Origin: a bacterium
Lineage (GTDB): Bacteria; Patescibacteriota; Minisyncoccia; Minisyncoccales; CG1-02-41-26
Direction: 5' to 3'
Length of the DNA stretch: 64,000 nt
NCBI GenBank assembly: GCA_030603395.1
Contig: JAUVXX010000002.1
Location: forward strand, 79,807 to 143,806
Each line of letters starts with the position of its first letter. Position 1 is the stretch's first letter. The notes under the pieces are model-generated. The model did no database searches. It saw nothing but the letters and a program-made list of their open reading frames with translations, and was not told where the DNA came from. This document shows, piece after piece, positions 23,781 to 32,574 of the stretch. Made by a program: the position numbers and the translations under genes.

Positions 23781-25076
23781 TTATCCCCAAAGCCATTTTA
23801 TTTTTTCCAACCTTGTCCCGACAAAGCTTCTCAAAAAAGTTCTGACCACAAATAAGGCAGAAAACATACTGACCAAAATCCCAAAACTCAAGGTTAAAGC
23901 AAACCCCTTAATAAAGCTGGCGCCGAAACTGAACATAATCAAAGCGACAATAAGGGTGGTCAGGTTGCCGTCCCTAATAGAAGGCCAGGCCCGGGAAAAA
24001 CCTATCTCAACCGACCTTGAGAAACCGGCTCCCTGCTTTCTTTCCTCTTTCATTCTTTCAAAAATCAAAACATTGGCATCAACCGCCATACCAATCGATA
24101 AAATAGCCCCCCCAATACCAGCCAAGGTCAGGGTGACGGGCACCAGTTTAAAAAGAGCCAGTAAAATGCCGGCATAAATAAGCAAACTCAAAGAAGCCAA
24201 AACACCAGAAACTCTGTAAAAGGCAATCATAAACAAAAGCACCAGTAAAAAACCAACGGCGCCAGCCTTTAACGATTTTTCCAAAGAAATTCTCCCCAGG
24301 ACGGGACCTATCGTATTCTGGGAAATCAATTTGATGGGCACGGGTAATGCCCCAGCATTTAAGTTTCTGGCTAATTCTCTGGCTTCCTCAATGGTGAACT
24401 TTCCGGTGATTTGAGCTCTGCCTGAGGGAATGGCCTCCCTGACCACCGGAGCTGAAATTAAAACATCATCAATAAAAATGGCTATTCTCTTGCCAACGTT
24501 TCTGGTGGTTAGGTCCTTGAAGATTTCTTTGCCCTCCTCATCAAACTCCAGAATAACCTGGGCTTCAAAAGTTGTTTGATTAAAGTCCAGTTGGGCTTTT
24601 TTTAGATAGCGGCCGGTGAGAGGGGTCGGTTGGAAGTACGGTTCCTCCTCTATCTCTTCCCTAAACTCAAGATAAGGAGTCTCACCTATCATTTGAATGG
24701 CCTCCCCTACCTCTTTAACTCCCGGCAATTCAACTATTAGCCGCTGGTCTTCCCGGGTTTGCTGAATCTGAACCTTGGGCTCCACTACCCCAAAAAGATT
24801 GATTCTTCTCTCAATGACATCCCTTAAACCCTGCATGGCCTCTCCCTCCTCTCCCTCGGCAATTTTTGACAAATCGGTTAGGTAGACCAAATGGGTTCCT
24901 CCCTGTAAATCAAGCCCCAAGCGGAAAGGCTTCTCGGGGAATTGAGGCAAACTTAAAAAAGTTTTTGAGTTGACAAAGCTGAGCCCCTGATTGATATATT
25001 TGGGGTAAACTGAATTTAAGGCAAAAAAAGCCAGGACAATAATGATGATTAAGCTAAGATAGGTTTTATGTTTCAT
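23781..25076 (-). CDS. secD: protein translocase subunit SecD
   Basis: 431 aa. It has LGLDLQGGTHLVY, a periplasmic domain, and a C-terminal TM bundle with GMAVDANVLIFERMKEE. Confidence 0.9.
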   Translation of the reverse strand: MKHKTYLSLIIIIVLAFFALNSVYPKYINQGLSFVNSKTFLSLPQFPEKPFRLGLDLQGGTHLVYLTDLSKIAEGEEGEAMQGLRDVIERRINLFGVVEPKVQIQQTREDQRLIVELPGVKEVGEAIQMIGETPYLEFREEIEEEPYFQPTPLTGRYLKKAQLDFNQTTFEAQVILEFDEEGKEIFKDLTTRNVGKRIAIFIDDVLISAPVVREAIPSGRAQITGKFTIEEARELARNLNAGALPVPIKLISQNTIGPVLGRISLEKSLKAGAVGFLLVLLFMIAFYRVSGVLASLSLLIYAGILLALFKLVPVTLTLAGIGGAILSIGMAVDANVLIFERMKEERKQGAGFSRSVEIGFSRAWPSIRDGNLTTLIVALIMFSFGASFIKGFALTLSFGILVSMFSALFVVRTFLRSFVGTRLEKIKWLWG

Positions 25077-27546
25077 GTTTAATGCTTAGTTTGAAGATGG
25101 TTCTTGAAATCTGAGAATCAATTAAATCTTGAAGTTCTCTGAAGATTTTGTAAGCCCCTGTTTTGTATTCTACCAGGGGATCTCTGCCGCCAAAAGCGCG
25201 CAGCCTCACCGAATCTTTCAAACGTTCCATGGTTTCTAATTGGTCCTTCCAGAAAAAATCTAAAGTCCTCAAACAAACGAATCTGCCGACTTTCTCCATG
25301 TTCTCTAACCCTTCTTTTTCTGCTTTGGCCTCAAACGCTTTTTCTGCTAAATCGTTTAAATAATCTAAAATTTGTTGACTTTGGCGAAACTCCCCCAGCT
25401 TGGCATGAACGGAGTTTACCATCGGGAAAATGGTCTTTATTTCTTCAAAGACTTCTTCAAGATGCCAATCTTCGGGAGAGGTTGAAGGACAATGAAAATC
25501 AACAACTTTTTTAATCTCTCTTTCAATAATTTCGAGAAGATGTTTTTTGAGTTCCTGGTAGGAGTATTTTAAAATCTTTTTTCTTTGACGGTAAATAACC
25601 TGGCGGTGTTTGGAAATCACGTCATCATATTCCAAAAGATGGTGTCTCAAGTCAAAATTTAATCCCTCAACCCTGGCTTGAGCTTTTTCAATGGCTCCAG
25701 ATAAGATTTTAGCTTCAATGGGCTGTGTCTCTGGAATTTTGAGAATCTCCATCAAAGATTTTATTCGCTCTGAACCGAAGGTTCGCAAAAGCTCATCCTC
25801 CAAAGAAATAAAGAATTGAGAAGAGCCGAGATCTCCCTGTCTGCCGGCCCTGCCTCGCAATTGATTGTCAATGCGCCGCGCTTCGTGTCTTTGAGCCCCA
25901 ATAACATGCAAACCACCCAGTGTCTTAACTTTCTGGGCTTCCTCCGTATCGGGAGGATTACCTCCCAAAATTATATCAACCCCTCTGCCCGCCATATTGG
26001 TAGCTACGGTTATCTGTCCGAGCTTGCCGGCCTGGGCAATAATCTGACCTTCTCTCTCGTGCTGCTTAGCATTCAAAATCTGATGGCTGATACCTTCTCT
26101 TGCCAAAAGTTTACCCAGATATTCATTTTTTTCAATGGAGGTCGTGCCAACCAAGATGGGTTGACGTTTCTGGTGCCGAGTTCTTATTTCCTCAACAATG
26201 GCTTTAAATTTTCCTTTTTCTGTTTTGTAAACCCTGTCCGGCAAATTTTGCCTTTGCATGGGAACTGCCGTCGGCACGATAATCACTTCAAGCCCGTAAA
26301 CTTTGTCAAATTCTTCGGCGGAGGTGGCTGCGGTACCGGTCATGCCAGCCAATTTCTGATACATTCTGAAATAATTCTGAAAAGTAATGGTGGCTAAAGT
26401 TCTTGATTCTGGCTGGACTTGGACTCCCTCTTTGGCCTCAACGGCCTGATGAAGCCCGCCTGAATACCTTCTGCCGGGCAGCAATCTTCCGGTAAACTCA
26501 TCAACAATGATTACTTTGCCGTCTTTAACAACATAATCTTTGTCTTTTTGAAAAAGAACCTCTGCCCTCAAGGCCTGCTCTAAATAGTGGAGATACTTCA
26601 TGCCTCTTTCTTGATAAATATTTTTTACTCCCAGAATTTTCTCAATTTTATTAACGCCTTCGTCGGTTAAAGTGGCAACTTTCATTTTTTCATCAATATT
26701 GTAATCAAGATTTTCTTTCAGTTGAGGAGTAATCCCGGAAAATTCCCGGTACATACCTGAGGCTTCAAAATCCGGCTGGGAAATTATTAAGGGGGTTCTG
26801 GCTTCATCAATTAAGATAGAGTCAACCTCATCAATGATGGCAAAATTAAATTCTCTCTGAGCTTGGTCTCTTGCAGAATGGACCATGTTGTCTCTCAAAT
26901 AATCAAAACCAAATTCATTATTTGTTCCATAGGTGATATCGGCCAAGTAGGCCTCTTTTCTTGAGCAGGGCCTTAAGAAATCCTCAACCACCGTAAATCC
27001 TCCCATCTCATCTCGAATTTTCTCCTCCTCCTCGGTTGGCTTTTTGTAATCCGGGTCGTATAAAAAAGATTGCTGGTGATTTAAACAACTAATACTCAGG
27101 CCGAGCATTTGATAAATCTGACCCATCCAGACGGTGTCACGTCTGGCCAGATAATCATTGACGGTCACTAAATGACATCCCTTTTCTGTTAAGGCATTCA
27201 AATACAAAGACAGGGTGGCGGCTAAGGTTTTTCCCTCACCGGTTTTCATTTCAGTAATTTTTCCCTGATGCAAGACAATCCCTCCTATTAGTTGAACGTC
27301 AAAATGGCGTTGGTGTAAGGTTCTCTTGGCTACTTCCCTGACCATTGAGAAGGCCTCCGGTAAAATATCGTTCAAAGATTCGCCTTTTTGCAGCCTTTCT
27401 TTGAACTCTTCTGTCTTCTCTTTAATCTGGGCATCAGAAAAATGCTCGAACTTTGGTTCAAGCAAATTTATTTCGTCAACCAATGGCTGGAGTCTCCTTA
27501 AGTATTTTTCATTGGGGTCACCAAAAAGTTTTGAAAAAAAACTCAT
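25066..27546 (-). CDS. secA: preprotein translocase ATPase SecA
   Basis: 826 aa. It has MKTGEGKTLAATL (Walker A), DEVDSILIDEARTPLIIS (DEAD-like) and TNMAGRGVDI. Confidence 0.95.
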   Translation of the reverse strand: MSFFSKLFGDPNEKYLRRLQPLVDEINLLEPKFEHFSDAQIKEKTEEFKERLQKGESLNDILPEAFSMVREVAKRTLHQRHFDVQLIGGIVLHQGKITEMKTGEGKTLAATLSLYLNALTEKGCHLVTVNDYLARRDTVWMGQIYQMLGLSISCLNHQQSFLYDPDYKKPTEEEEKIRDEMGGFTVVEDFLRPCSRKEAYLADITYGTNNEFGFDYLRDNMVHSARDQAQREFNFAIIDEVDSILIDEARTPLIISQPDFEASGMYREFSGITPQLKENLDYNIDEKMKVATLTDEGVNKIEKILGVKNIYQERGMKYLHYLEQALRAEVLFQKDKDYVVKDGKVIIVDEFTGRLLPGRRYSGGLHQAVEAKEGVQVQPESRTLATITFQNYFRMYQKLAGMTGTAATSAEEFDKVYGLEVIIVPTAVPMQRQNLPDRVYKTEKGKFKAIVEEIRTRHQKRQPILVGTTSIEKNEYLGKLLAREGISHQILNAKQHEREGQIIAQAGKLGQITVATNMAGRGVDIILGGNPPDTEEAQKVKTLGGLHVIGAQRHEARRIDNQLRGRAGRQGDLGSSQFFISLEDELLRTFGSERIKSLMEILKIPETQPIEAKILSGAIEKAQARVEGLNFDLRHHLLEYDDVISKHRQVIYRQRKKILKYSYQELKKHLLEIIEREIKKVVDFHCPSTSPEDWHLEEVFEEIKTIFPMVNSVHAKLGEFRQSQQILDYLNDLAEKAFEAKAEKEGLENMEKVGRFVCLRTLDFFWKDQLETMERLKDSVRLRAFGGRDPLVEYKTGAYKIFRELQDLIDSQISRTIFKLSIKHET

Positions 27547-27947
27547 ATTCCTTCTTCTCTGATTCTTCCCTTGCGGTAAAATCTTGCATGCGGGGAAAGT
27601 TTTAAATCTTTTTTTATTTTTCTCTGGGCTCTTTCAGTTTTTTGGATTTGGGATTTCTTATATTTTTCTAACAATCTTTGAAGTTCATCTTTTACCTCAA
27701 CAATGACCATTCTTAAATCTTTTCCCTCAGCAGTACTTCTCACCCCTTTACCAGGCAACGGAATTTGCGCCTCAGCGTAAAAAACATTTCCCTTCTGGTG
27801 ATGATAAGAGGGTTTGCCAACCTCCACGTAGGCCTTAATCACCAAAATACCTTCCAAAAATTTTTCAAGCTCTCTAAATTTTTGAATAATAAAACTTTTT
27901 AGGCTTTCGGACAACTTTATGTTGGTTGCCTTAATAATTACTCTCAT
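27543..27947 (-). CDS. hpf: ribosome hibernation promoting factor / RaiA family (S30AE)
   Basis: 134 aa. MRVIIKATNIKLSESLKSFIIQKFRELEKFL shows the beta-alpha-beta pattern of HPF/YfiA, followed by a basic C-terminal extension. Confidence 0.75.
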   Translation of the reverse strand: MRVIIKATNIKLSESLKSFIIQKFRELEKFLEGILVIKAYVEVGKPSYHHQKGNVFYAEAQIPLPGKGVRSTAEGKDLRMVIVEVKDELQRLLEKYKKSQIQKTERAQRKIKKDLKLSPHARFYRKGRIREEGI

Positions 27948-27970
27948 ATGTTAGAAATATTAGCAGAAAA

Positions 27971-28015
27971 CCTTTTAAAAAACAACCGAGCAGATAAAGT
28001 GTTATCTGCTCGGTT
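27971..28015 (-). terminator. strong rho-independent terminator (14-bp perfect stem plus a U tract)
   Basis: The minus strand reads AACCGAGCAGATAAcactTTATCTGCTCGGTTgttttttaaaagg. It lies downstream of murB and the small ORF, and upstream of hpf. Confidence 0.8.
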
Positions 28016-28037
28016 GAGAAGAATTCTACAAAATCTC

Positions 28038-28112
28038 TTATCTTTTCTTTCTTTTTCGGGTGGTCTTCTTTTTTAAAGCTGCCTTTTTCCTGGCTTTTTT
28101 TCTCTTAACCAT
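28038..28112 (-). CDS. speculative 24-aa highly basic peptide MVKRKKARKKAALKKKTTRKRKKR
   Basis: The ATG is preceded by A10 and the stop lies 22 nt before the strong terminator. It is too short for the ORF track and has no clear SD. It may be only 3'-UTR sequence of murB. Confidence 0.2.
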   Translation of the reverse strand: MVKRKKARKKAALKKKTTRKRKKR

Positions 28113-28257
28113 TTTTTTTTTGAGATCCTTCGGATTCTATCCTCAGGATGGCGCTGTGCGCCACTTTTAAATCTTGGCAAATAGTCGACTTTCTGAAATC
28201 CTATCCGCCTCAAAACTTTTATATTCTTATTTTATTATTTCATTTCAGAAAACAATG

Positions 28258-29148
28258 TCAAGCATTAAAGTATTGAATTTCTTCTTTGAGCTCAACGTTA
28301 AATTTATTTTTTACTTCTTTTTTGATTAAATTTATCAAACTCAAAACGTCTTTTGCCTGAGCTCCATCTAAATTAACGATAAAATTAGCGTGTTTCTCAG
28401 AAATCATAGCTCCCCCGCTTTTTCTTCCCTTCAACCCGCATTTTTCAATTAATTCCCCGGCTGAAACCCCTGAAGGATTCTTAAAAATACAGCCAGCCGA
28501 AGGAAATTTTAGAGGATGATTTTTCTCTCGGTAATCTAAAAAATGTTTTATCTCTTGCTCAATTTCCTTTGCCTTTCCCGGCTTCAGTTGGAGGATACAA
28601 GAAAGGATGATAAGATTTTTGTTTTTTTTAAAGATAGTTTCTTTGTAGCCAAAGTTGCAACTTTTTGCTTCAATATTTTTAATTTTTGATTCAGAGACAT
28701 CAAATACCTCTACACTTTTTACAACATCTGCCATCGAGTTGTCAAAAGCGGCAACGTTATTGTGAACTGCTCCTCCGACTGTGCCTGGGATGCCAGCCGC
28801 CCATTCAAGACCGGTCAAATTATTTTTTGCTGCCAATTTCACCAAATCACCTAATTCTGCTCCTGTCTCAGCTTCAATAATTTTGACATTTGACATTTTG
28901 TTTTGACATTTGACATTTGACATTTGACATTTTATCACTAATCCATTATATCCCTTATCCGAAACCAATAAATTGCTTCCTCCTCCCAAAATAAAAAAGG
29001 GCAACTTAGCGCTTTGGGCAAACTTTATTGCCTTTATTAATTCTTCTTTGCTTTTAGCTTGAAAAAAATACTTCGCCCTTCCCCCAATTTTAAACGTTGT
29101 ATAATTTTTTAACGGGATATTTTTCTGAATTCCCGGAAGAAGTTTCAT
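28258..29148 (-). CDS. murB: UDP-N-acetylenolpyruvoylglucosamine reductase MurB (carries an in-frame heptamer-repeat segment)
   Basis: It has the FAD-binding N-terminus NYTTFKIGGRAKYFF, then ILGGGSNLLV, GLEWAAGIPGTVGGAV and a C-terminal SAGCIFKNP...ISEKHANFIVN. Confidence 0.9.
   Translation of the reverse strand: MKLLPGIQKNIPLKNYTTFKIGGRAKYFFQAKSKEELIKAIKFAQSAKLPFFILGGGSNLLVSDKGYNGLVIKCQMSNVKCQNKMSNVKIIEAETGAELGDLVKLAAKNNLTGLEWAAGIPGTVGGAVHNNVAAFDNSMADVVKSVEVFDVSESKIKNIEAKSCNFGYKETIFKKNKNLIILSCILQLKPGKAKEIEQEIKHFLDYREKNHPLKFPSAGCIFKNPSGVSAGELIEKCGLKGRKSGGAMISEKHANFIVNLDGAQAKDVLSLINLIKKEVKNKFNVELKEEIQYFNA
28883..28930. repeat. (TTGACAT)2-tttgtt-(TTGACAT)4 tandem heptamers inside murB
   Basis: Perfect units span 28883-28896 and 28903-28930. 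The tract is 48 nt in total and is translated as KCQMSNVKCQNKMSNVK. Confidence 0.9.
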
Positions 29149-29170
29149 TGGAATTTAAATCTAAAATAAT

Positions 29171-29227
29171 GGGCCGGGAGGGTTGACCTCCAATTCTAGG
29201 TCTTTAGTGAGGACCAGCTCCCGACCC
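29171..29227. other. 57-nt GC-rich hairpin in the divergent murB / aminotransferase spacer
   Basis: GGGCCGGGAG...CTCCCGACCC pairs at 9 of 10 positions and encloses ggttgacctccaattctaggtctttagtgaggaccag. It contains AGTGAGGACC (29206-29215), whose reverse complement occurs at 30480-30489. Confidence 0.5.
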
Positions 29228-29229
29228 AG

Positions 29230-29258
29230 TTCTATTATAGAATATTTTAAAGTATAAT
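29230..29258 (+). promoter_or_regulatory. candidate promoter (-35 TTCTAT, 17 nt, -10 TATAAT) for the plus-strand aminotransferase-family gene
   Basis: TTCTATtatagaatattttaaagTATAATagaagatagaaaaATG. Confidence 0.35.
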
Positions 29259-29271
29259 AGAAGATAGAAAA

Positions 29272-30405
29272 ATGTATTTTACTCATCCTCAAATAAAGAT
29301 AACCGGGGAAAATTTGAAAAAAATTTTCTCAAGTTTTCTGAAAAAACCTGTCCAGCAAGCCGCTCAAAAACAGCTTTCTTATTACTTCCCGGAAAAGAAG
29401 TTTTTGTTTACTGACATGGGAAGAACCAGCTTTCGTTTGATTATTGAGAAATTAAATTTAAAAAACTCCCAAATGCTGATGCCAGCTTACATCTGCGATA
29501 TTTTTTATCCGATTCTGAAAAAATACCACATCAAGCCCGTCTTTTTAGACATTGATTTAAAAACTTTTAATATTAACCCGGAAGAGATTACCCAAAAAAT
29601 CACTCCCCAAACAAGAGCAATTCTTATCAGTCACACCTATGGTCTGCCAGCCAATTTAGAAAAGTTACTTGGAGTAGCCAAACAACACAATCTCTTGGTT
29701 ATTGAAGATTGCGCCCATGCTTTCGGGGCAAAGGAGCAGGGAAAATACGTTGGTAATTTTGGTGACGTCAGCTTCTTCAGTTTATACAAGCAATTTCCCA
29801 GCTTAAGAGGAGGCCTTTTGGTCTTTGAGAAAAACCTTGAAACAAGTTTAGCCAAAACTTCTTTTTCTTTCCGTGATTTTCTCTCTTTTTTGAATTGTTT
29901 TCCTTTTTTCAGCTTCTTCTTCAAGAAATTTGGTTCGGAAATCGCTCCAAAAATGCTCAGGAAAGAAAAAACCGAAAGACCTTCTCAAATCAATAGAGTT
30001 TCTTTTAATCTTTTTCTGGCTTTTTTAAAGGATTTTGAAAGAGATTTAAAAAGAAGAGTTGAGCTTGCCTCTTATTTTCAAGAAGAGCTTAAAAAATTGG
30101 GTTTTGAAACCCAAGAAGCTAAGAATAATGTTTTTTGCTATCTGTCGGCTCTGGTGCCCCTTAACTTAGACCGAGATAAATTAGTTAAAGATTTAAGAAA
30201 ATATAAAGTATTCGCCACCAGAATCTGGCACACTCCGATTATTCTGAATAAAGAGGTTCGGAAAGAATATAAGATTAATCTCTCCGAATTTAAGAACACG
30301 GTTGCTACAGCTCAAAGAATTATCAACTTTCCTTTGCAGAATTATTATAATAAAAAAGATATTGAAAAGATGGTTGGTATTTTGAAAAAGGTGTTAAAGA
30401 ATTAA
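29272..30405 (+). CDS. DegT/DnrJ/EryC1/StrS family PLP-dependent aminotransferase-like protein
   Basis: 377 aa. HTYGLPANLEKLLGVAKQHNLLVIEDCAHAFGAKEQGKYVGNFGDVSFFSLYKQFPS carries the family core with the PLP Lys in SLYK. It is one of only two plus-strand genes. Confidence 0.7.
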   Translation: MYFTHPQIKITGENLKKIFSSFLKKPVQQAAQKQLSYYFPEKKFLFTDMGRTSFRLIIEKLNLKNSQMLMPAYICDIFYPILKKYHIKPVFLDIDLKTFNINPEEITQKITPQTRAILISHTYGLPANLEKLLGVAKQHNLLVIEDCAHAFGAKEQGKYVGNFGDVSFFSLYKQFPSLRGGLLVFEKNLETSLAKTSFSFRDFLSFLNCFPFFSFFFKKFGSEIAPKMLRKEKTERPSQINRVSFNLFLAFLKDFERDLKRRVELASYFQEELKKLGFETQEAKNNVFCYLSALVPLNLDRDKLVKDLRKYKVFATRIWHTPIILNKEVRKEYKINLSEFKNTVATAQRIINFPLQNYYNKKDIEKMVGILKKVLKN

Positions 30406-30409
30406 AGCA

Positions 30410-30437
30410 AAAAGCTTTGGAAATCCCCAAAGCTTTT
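30410..30437. terminator. bidirectional terminator hairpin between convergent genes
   Basis: AAAAGCTTTGG-aaatcc-CCAAAGCTTTT, with A-rich sequence on one flank and T-rich sequence on the other. A second hairpin, ATCATCC-cgaa-GGATGAT, follows at 30459-30476. Confidence 0.7.
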
Positions 30438-30520
30438 CGCCGACCGTATGAATCGAGGTATCATCCCGAAGGATGATTCGGTCCTCACTTCGCCAATCTT
30501 AGCAAATTACTCTATCTTTG

Positions 30521-31324
30521 TCAACCCTTTTTAACTAAGCGGGAAAGGTTTTTAAAAATCATGGCTACTAAAATGGGGCCAGTTCCTCCGGGGGTGGGAG
30601 TGAATAATTTAGCTTTTTTTGATGCCTGGGGACTAACATCCCCATAAATTTTTCCATTCTTGACATCAAAGCCAAAATCAATAACCACTGCTCCCGGTTT
30701 AACCCAACTTTCTGGAATTAAATTTGCTTTACCTACCCCAGAAACTAAAATGTCAGCCGTTTTAATTAATCTCTCTTTTTCTTTTTTTGGAGTATCTTTT
30801 CCGACGACAAAAATATTCCGGGCGAGAACCTGGTCTTTTAACCAACGATATATGGGTTTTCCCACCAATCTTCCATAACCTGTCAAGAGAATTTTTTTGT
30901 TAGTGGGATTAATTTGATATCTCTCAAAAATAAATCTAACCACCTCTACGGTGGGCGCTAAGACTGGGGAGTGGGACAGAAGAGCATCTACGTCTTTTTG
31001 AGGAGGAAGGACTTTTAAGATTTCAGTTAAATTAAATTTCTGAGGTAAGGGTAACTGAATGATTATCCCAGTTATTAATTCAGCCTGGCTGAGCTTTTTG
31101 AGTTCTTCAGCTAATTCTTCGGTTGAAATTTCAGGAGAAAATTTATAAATTTTAAGTTCCACCCCTACTGAATCAGCCATCCGCTTTTTTTGTTCTAAGA
31201 AAGATATGCTGGCAGGATTTTCTCCTACGGTAACCGCTGCTAATTTTACCTTTTTAAACTTTTTAAACTCTTTCTTTAACTGAGCGGTTAATTCTTTGGC
31301 CAATTTTCTACCATGGATAATCAT
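30521..31324 (-). CDS. folD: bifunctional methylenetetrahydrofolate dehydrogenase/cyclohydrolase
   Basis: 267 aa. It has IIQLPLP, GYGRLVGKPI and a C-terminal TPTPGGTGPILVAMIFKN. Confidence 0.9.
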   Translation of the reverse strand: MIIHGRKLAKELTAQLKKEFKKFKKVKLAAVTVGENPASISFLEQKKRMADSVGVELKIYKFSPEISTEELAEELKKLSQAELITGIIIQLPLPQKFNLTEILKVLPPQKDVDALLSHSPVLAPTVEVVRFIFERYQINPTNKKILLTGYGRLVGKPIYRWLKDQVLARNIFVVGKDTPKKEKERLIKTADILVSGVGKANLIPESWVKPGAVVIDFGFDVKNGKIYGDVSPQASKKAKLFTPTPGGTGPILVAMIFKNLSRLVKKG

Positions 31325-31336
31325 AAAAAGAAAGGG

Positions 31337-32566
31337 TTAATAAATGGGAAATTTTTGACAAAGTTCCTCCACTTCTTCTCGGATTTGCTGGGGGTTTTCC
31401 TTTTTGGTAATAACTCTATTAATCCAAACCGCAATCTGTTTAACCTCTTTTTCTTTCATTCCTCGGAAAGTAATTGAGGGAGTGCCCAGCCTAATACCTG
31501 AGGGACTGTAGGGGTTTTTATCTTGAGGAATAGAATTCCGATTAGCTAATATTCCTGCTTTTTCCAATAACTTTTCTGCTTCCTGGCCTGAAATATCTTT
31601 ATTTCGTAAGTTTACCAACATTAAGTGGGTATCGGTACCATCTCCCACTAACTTAAATCCAAGACTCATTAGATTCTCAGCTAAAACCTTGGCACTCTTT
31701 ACAATTTGATGCTGGGAGGTTCTAAATTCATCGGTTTGGGCAATTTTTAAAGCCAGGGCTATAGCCGCAATTTTATTATTATGAGGTCCTCCCTGAAGCC
31801 CGGGGAAAATAGTTCTATTAATCTTCTCAGCTATTTTCTTTTTAGCAAAAACTATTGCTGCTCGGGGACCATTTAAGGTTTTGTGAGTAGTGGTAGTAAC
31901 CACATCAGCATGCAGAAAGGGAGAAGCGTGCTGAGAAGCAGCAACCAGGCCAGCAATATGAGAAATATCAGCTAGGTGCCACGCTCCCACCTTTTTAGCA
32001 ATTTCTCCAAATCTTTGAAAATCTACTCGATGGGGGAAGGCCGAGAAACCAGAGACAATAATTTTTGGCTGGGAAGCCTCTGCTATTTTCTCTATCTGGT
32101 CAAAATCTAAGTGGCCGTCTGAGCCCACCTCATATTTTACTGAGTTAAATATTCTCCCTGACAAACTCACCTTATGGCCGTGAGATAAATGACCCCCGGA
32201 AGATAAACTCATTCCCAAAATAGTATCTCCCGGATTCAATAAACCAAAATAAACCGCTAAATTAGCTGGAGTCCCGGAGAGACATTGAACATTTACCTGC
32301 CAGTTCTCCCCCGCCCCAAATACTTTCTTGGCTCTCCCTTGAGCTAATTTTTCTATCTTATCGTAATATTCATTACCGGGATAATATCTCTTCCCCGGCT
32401 CTCCTTCTGAGTATTTATTAACTAAAGGTGAACCCAAAACTTGAAGTACTTCTGGGGGAACTAGACATTCAGAAGGAATTAAATCCAGAGTCTTCTGTTG
32501 CCTTGCTATTTCTGAGGCAATTAATTCAGCTAAGGTGGGGTCAATTTTTTTTAATTTTTCAACCAT
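31337..32566 (-). CDS. glyA: serine hydroxymethyltransferase
   Basis: 409 aa. It has IPSECLVPPEVLQ, GGHLSHGH and TTTTHKTLNGPRAA, which includes the PLP Lys. Confidence 0.95.
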   Translation of the reverse strand: MVEKLKKIDPTLAELIASEIARQQKTLDLIPSECLVPPEVLQVLGSPLVNKYSEGEPGKRYYPGNEYYDKIEKLAQGRAKKVFGAGENWQVNVQCLSGTPANLAVYFGLLNPGDTILGMSLSSGGHLSHGHKVSLSGRIFNSVKYEVGSDGHLDFDQIEKIAEASQPKIIVSGFSAFPHRVDFQRFGEIAKKVGAWHLADISHIAGLVAASQHASPFLHADVVTTTTHKTLNGPRAAIVFAKKKIAEKINRTIFPGLQGGPHNNKIAAIALALKIAQTDEFRTSQHQIVKSAKVLAENLMSLGFKLVGDGTDTHLMLVNLRNKDISGQEAEKLLEKAGILANRNSIPQDKNPYSPSGIRLGTPSITFRGMKEKEVKQIAVWINRVITKKENPQQIREEVEELCQKFPIY

Positions 32567-32574
32567 ATATTTTT

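Noticed and set aside
25816-26397. 193-aa plus-strand ORF. Similar long plus-strand ORFs occur at 16889-17371, 3399-3737, 6642-7010, 8755-9090, 51474-51923, 63308-63709 and 38217-38618.
   Set aside because: All lie antisense to strongly conserved minus-strand genes (secA, the DHH phosphoesterase, eno, ftsZ and others). Their composition is low-complexity and Ser/Phe/Leu/Lys-rich, typical of shadow ORFs in AT-rich DNA, and none has a recognisable motif.
27948-28076. 42-codon plus-strand ORF MLEILAENLLKNNRADKVLSARLRRILQNLLSFLSFSGGLLF starting at the hpf start codon (CATATG)
   Set aside because: It runs straight through the strong minus-strand terminator hairpin and has no promoter or SD context. 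It is most likely fortuitous.
29171-29227. Considered SRP (4.5S) RNA, tRNA-like or tmRNA identity for the GC-rich hairpin, and for the 30440-30500 hairpins
   Set aside because: Neither strand has a GGAA/GNRA tetraloop with the flanking AGCA/CAGG symmetric-loop motifs of SRP domain IV, and there is no cloverleaf. I kept it only as an unexplained hairpin.
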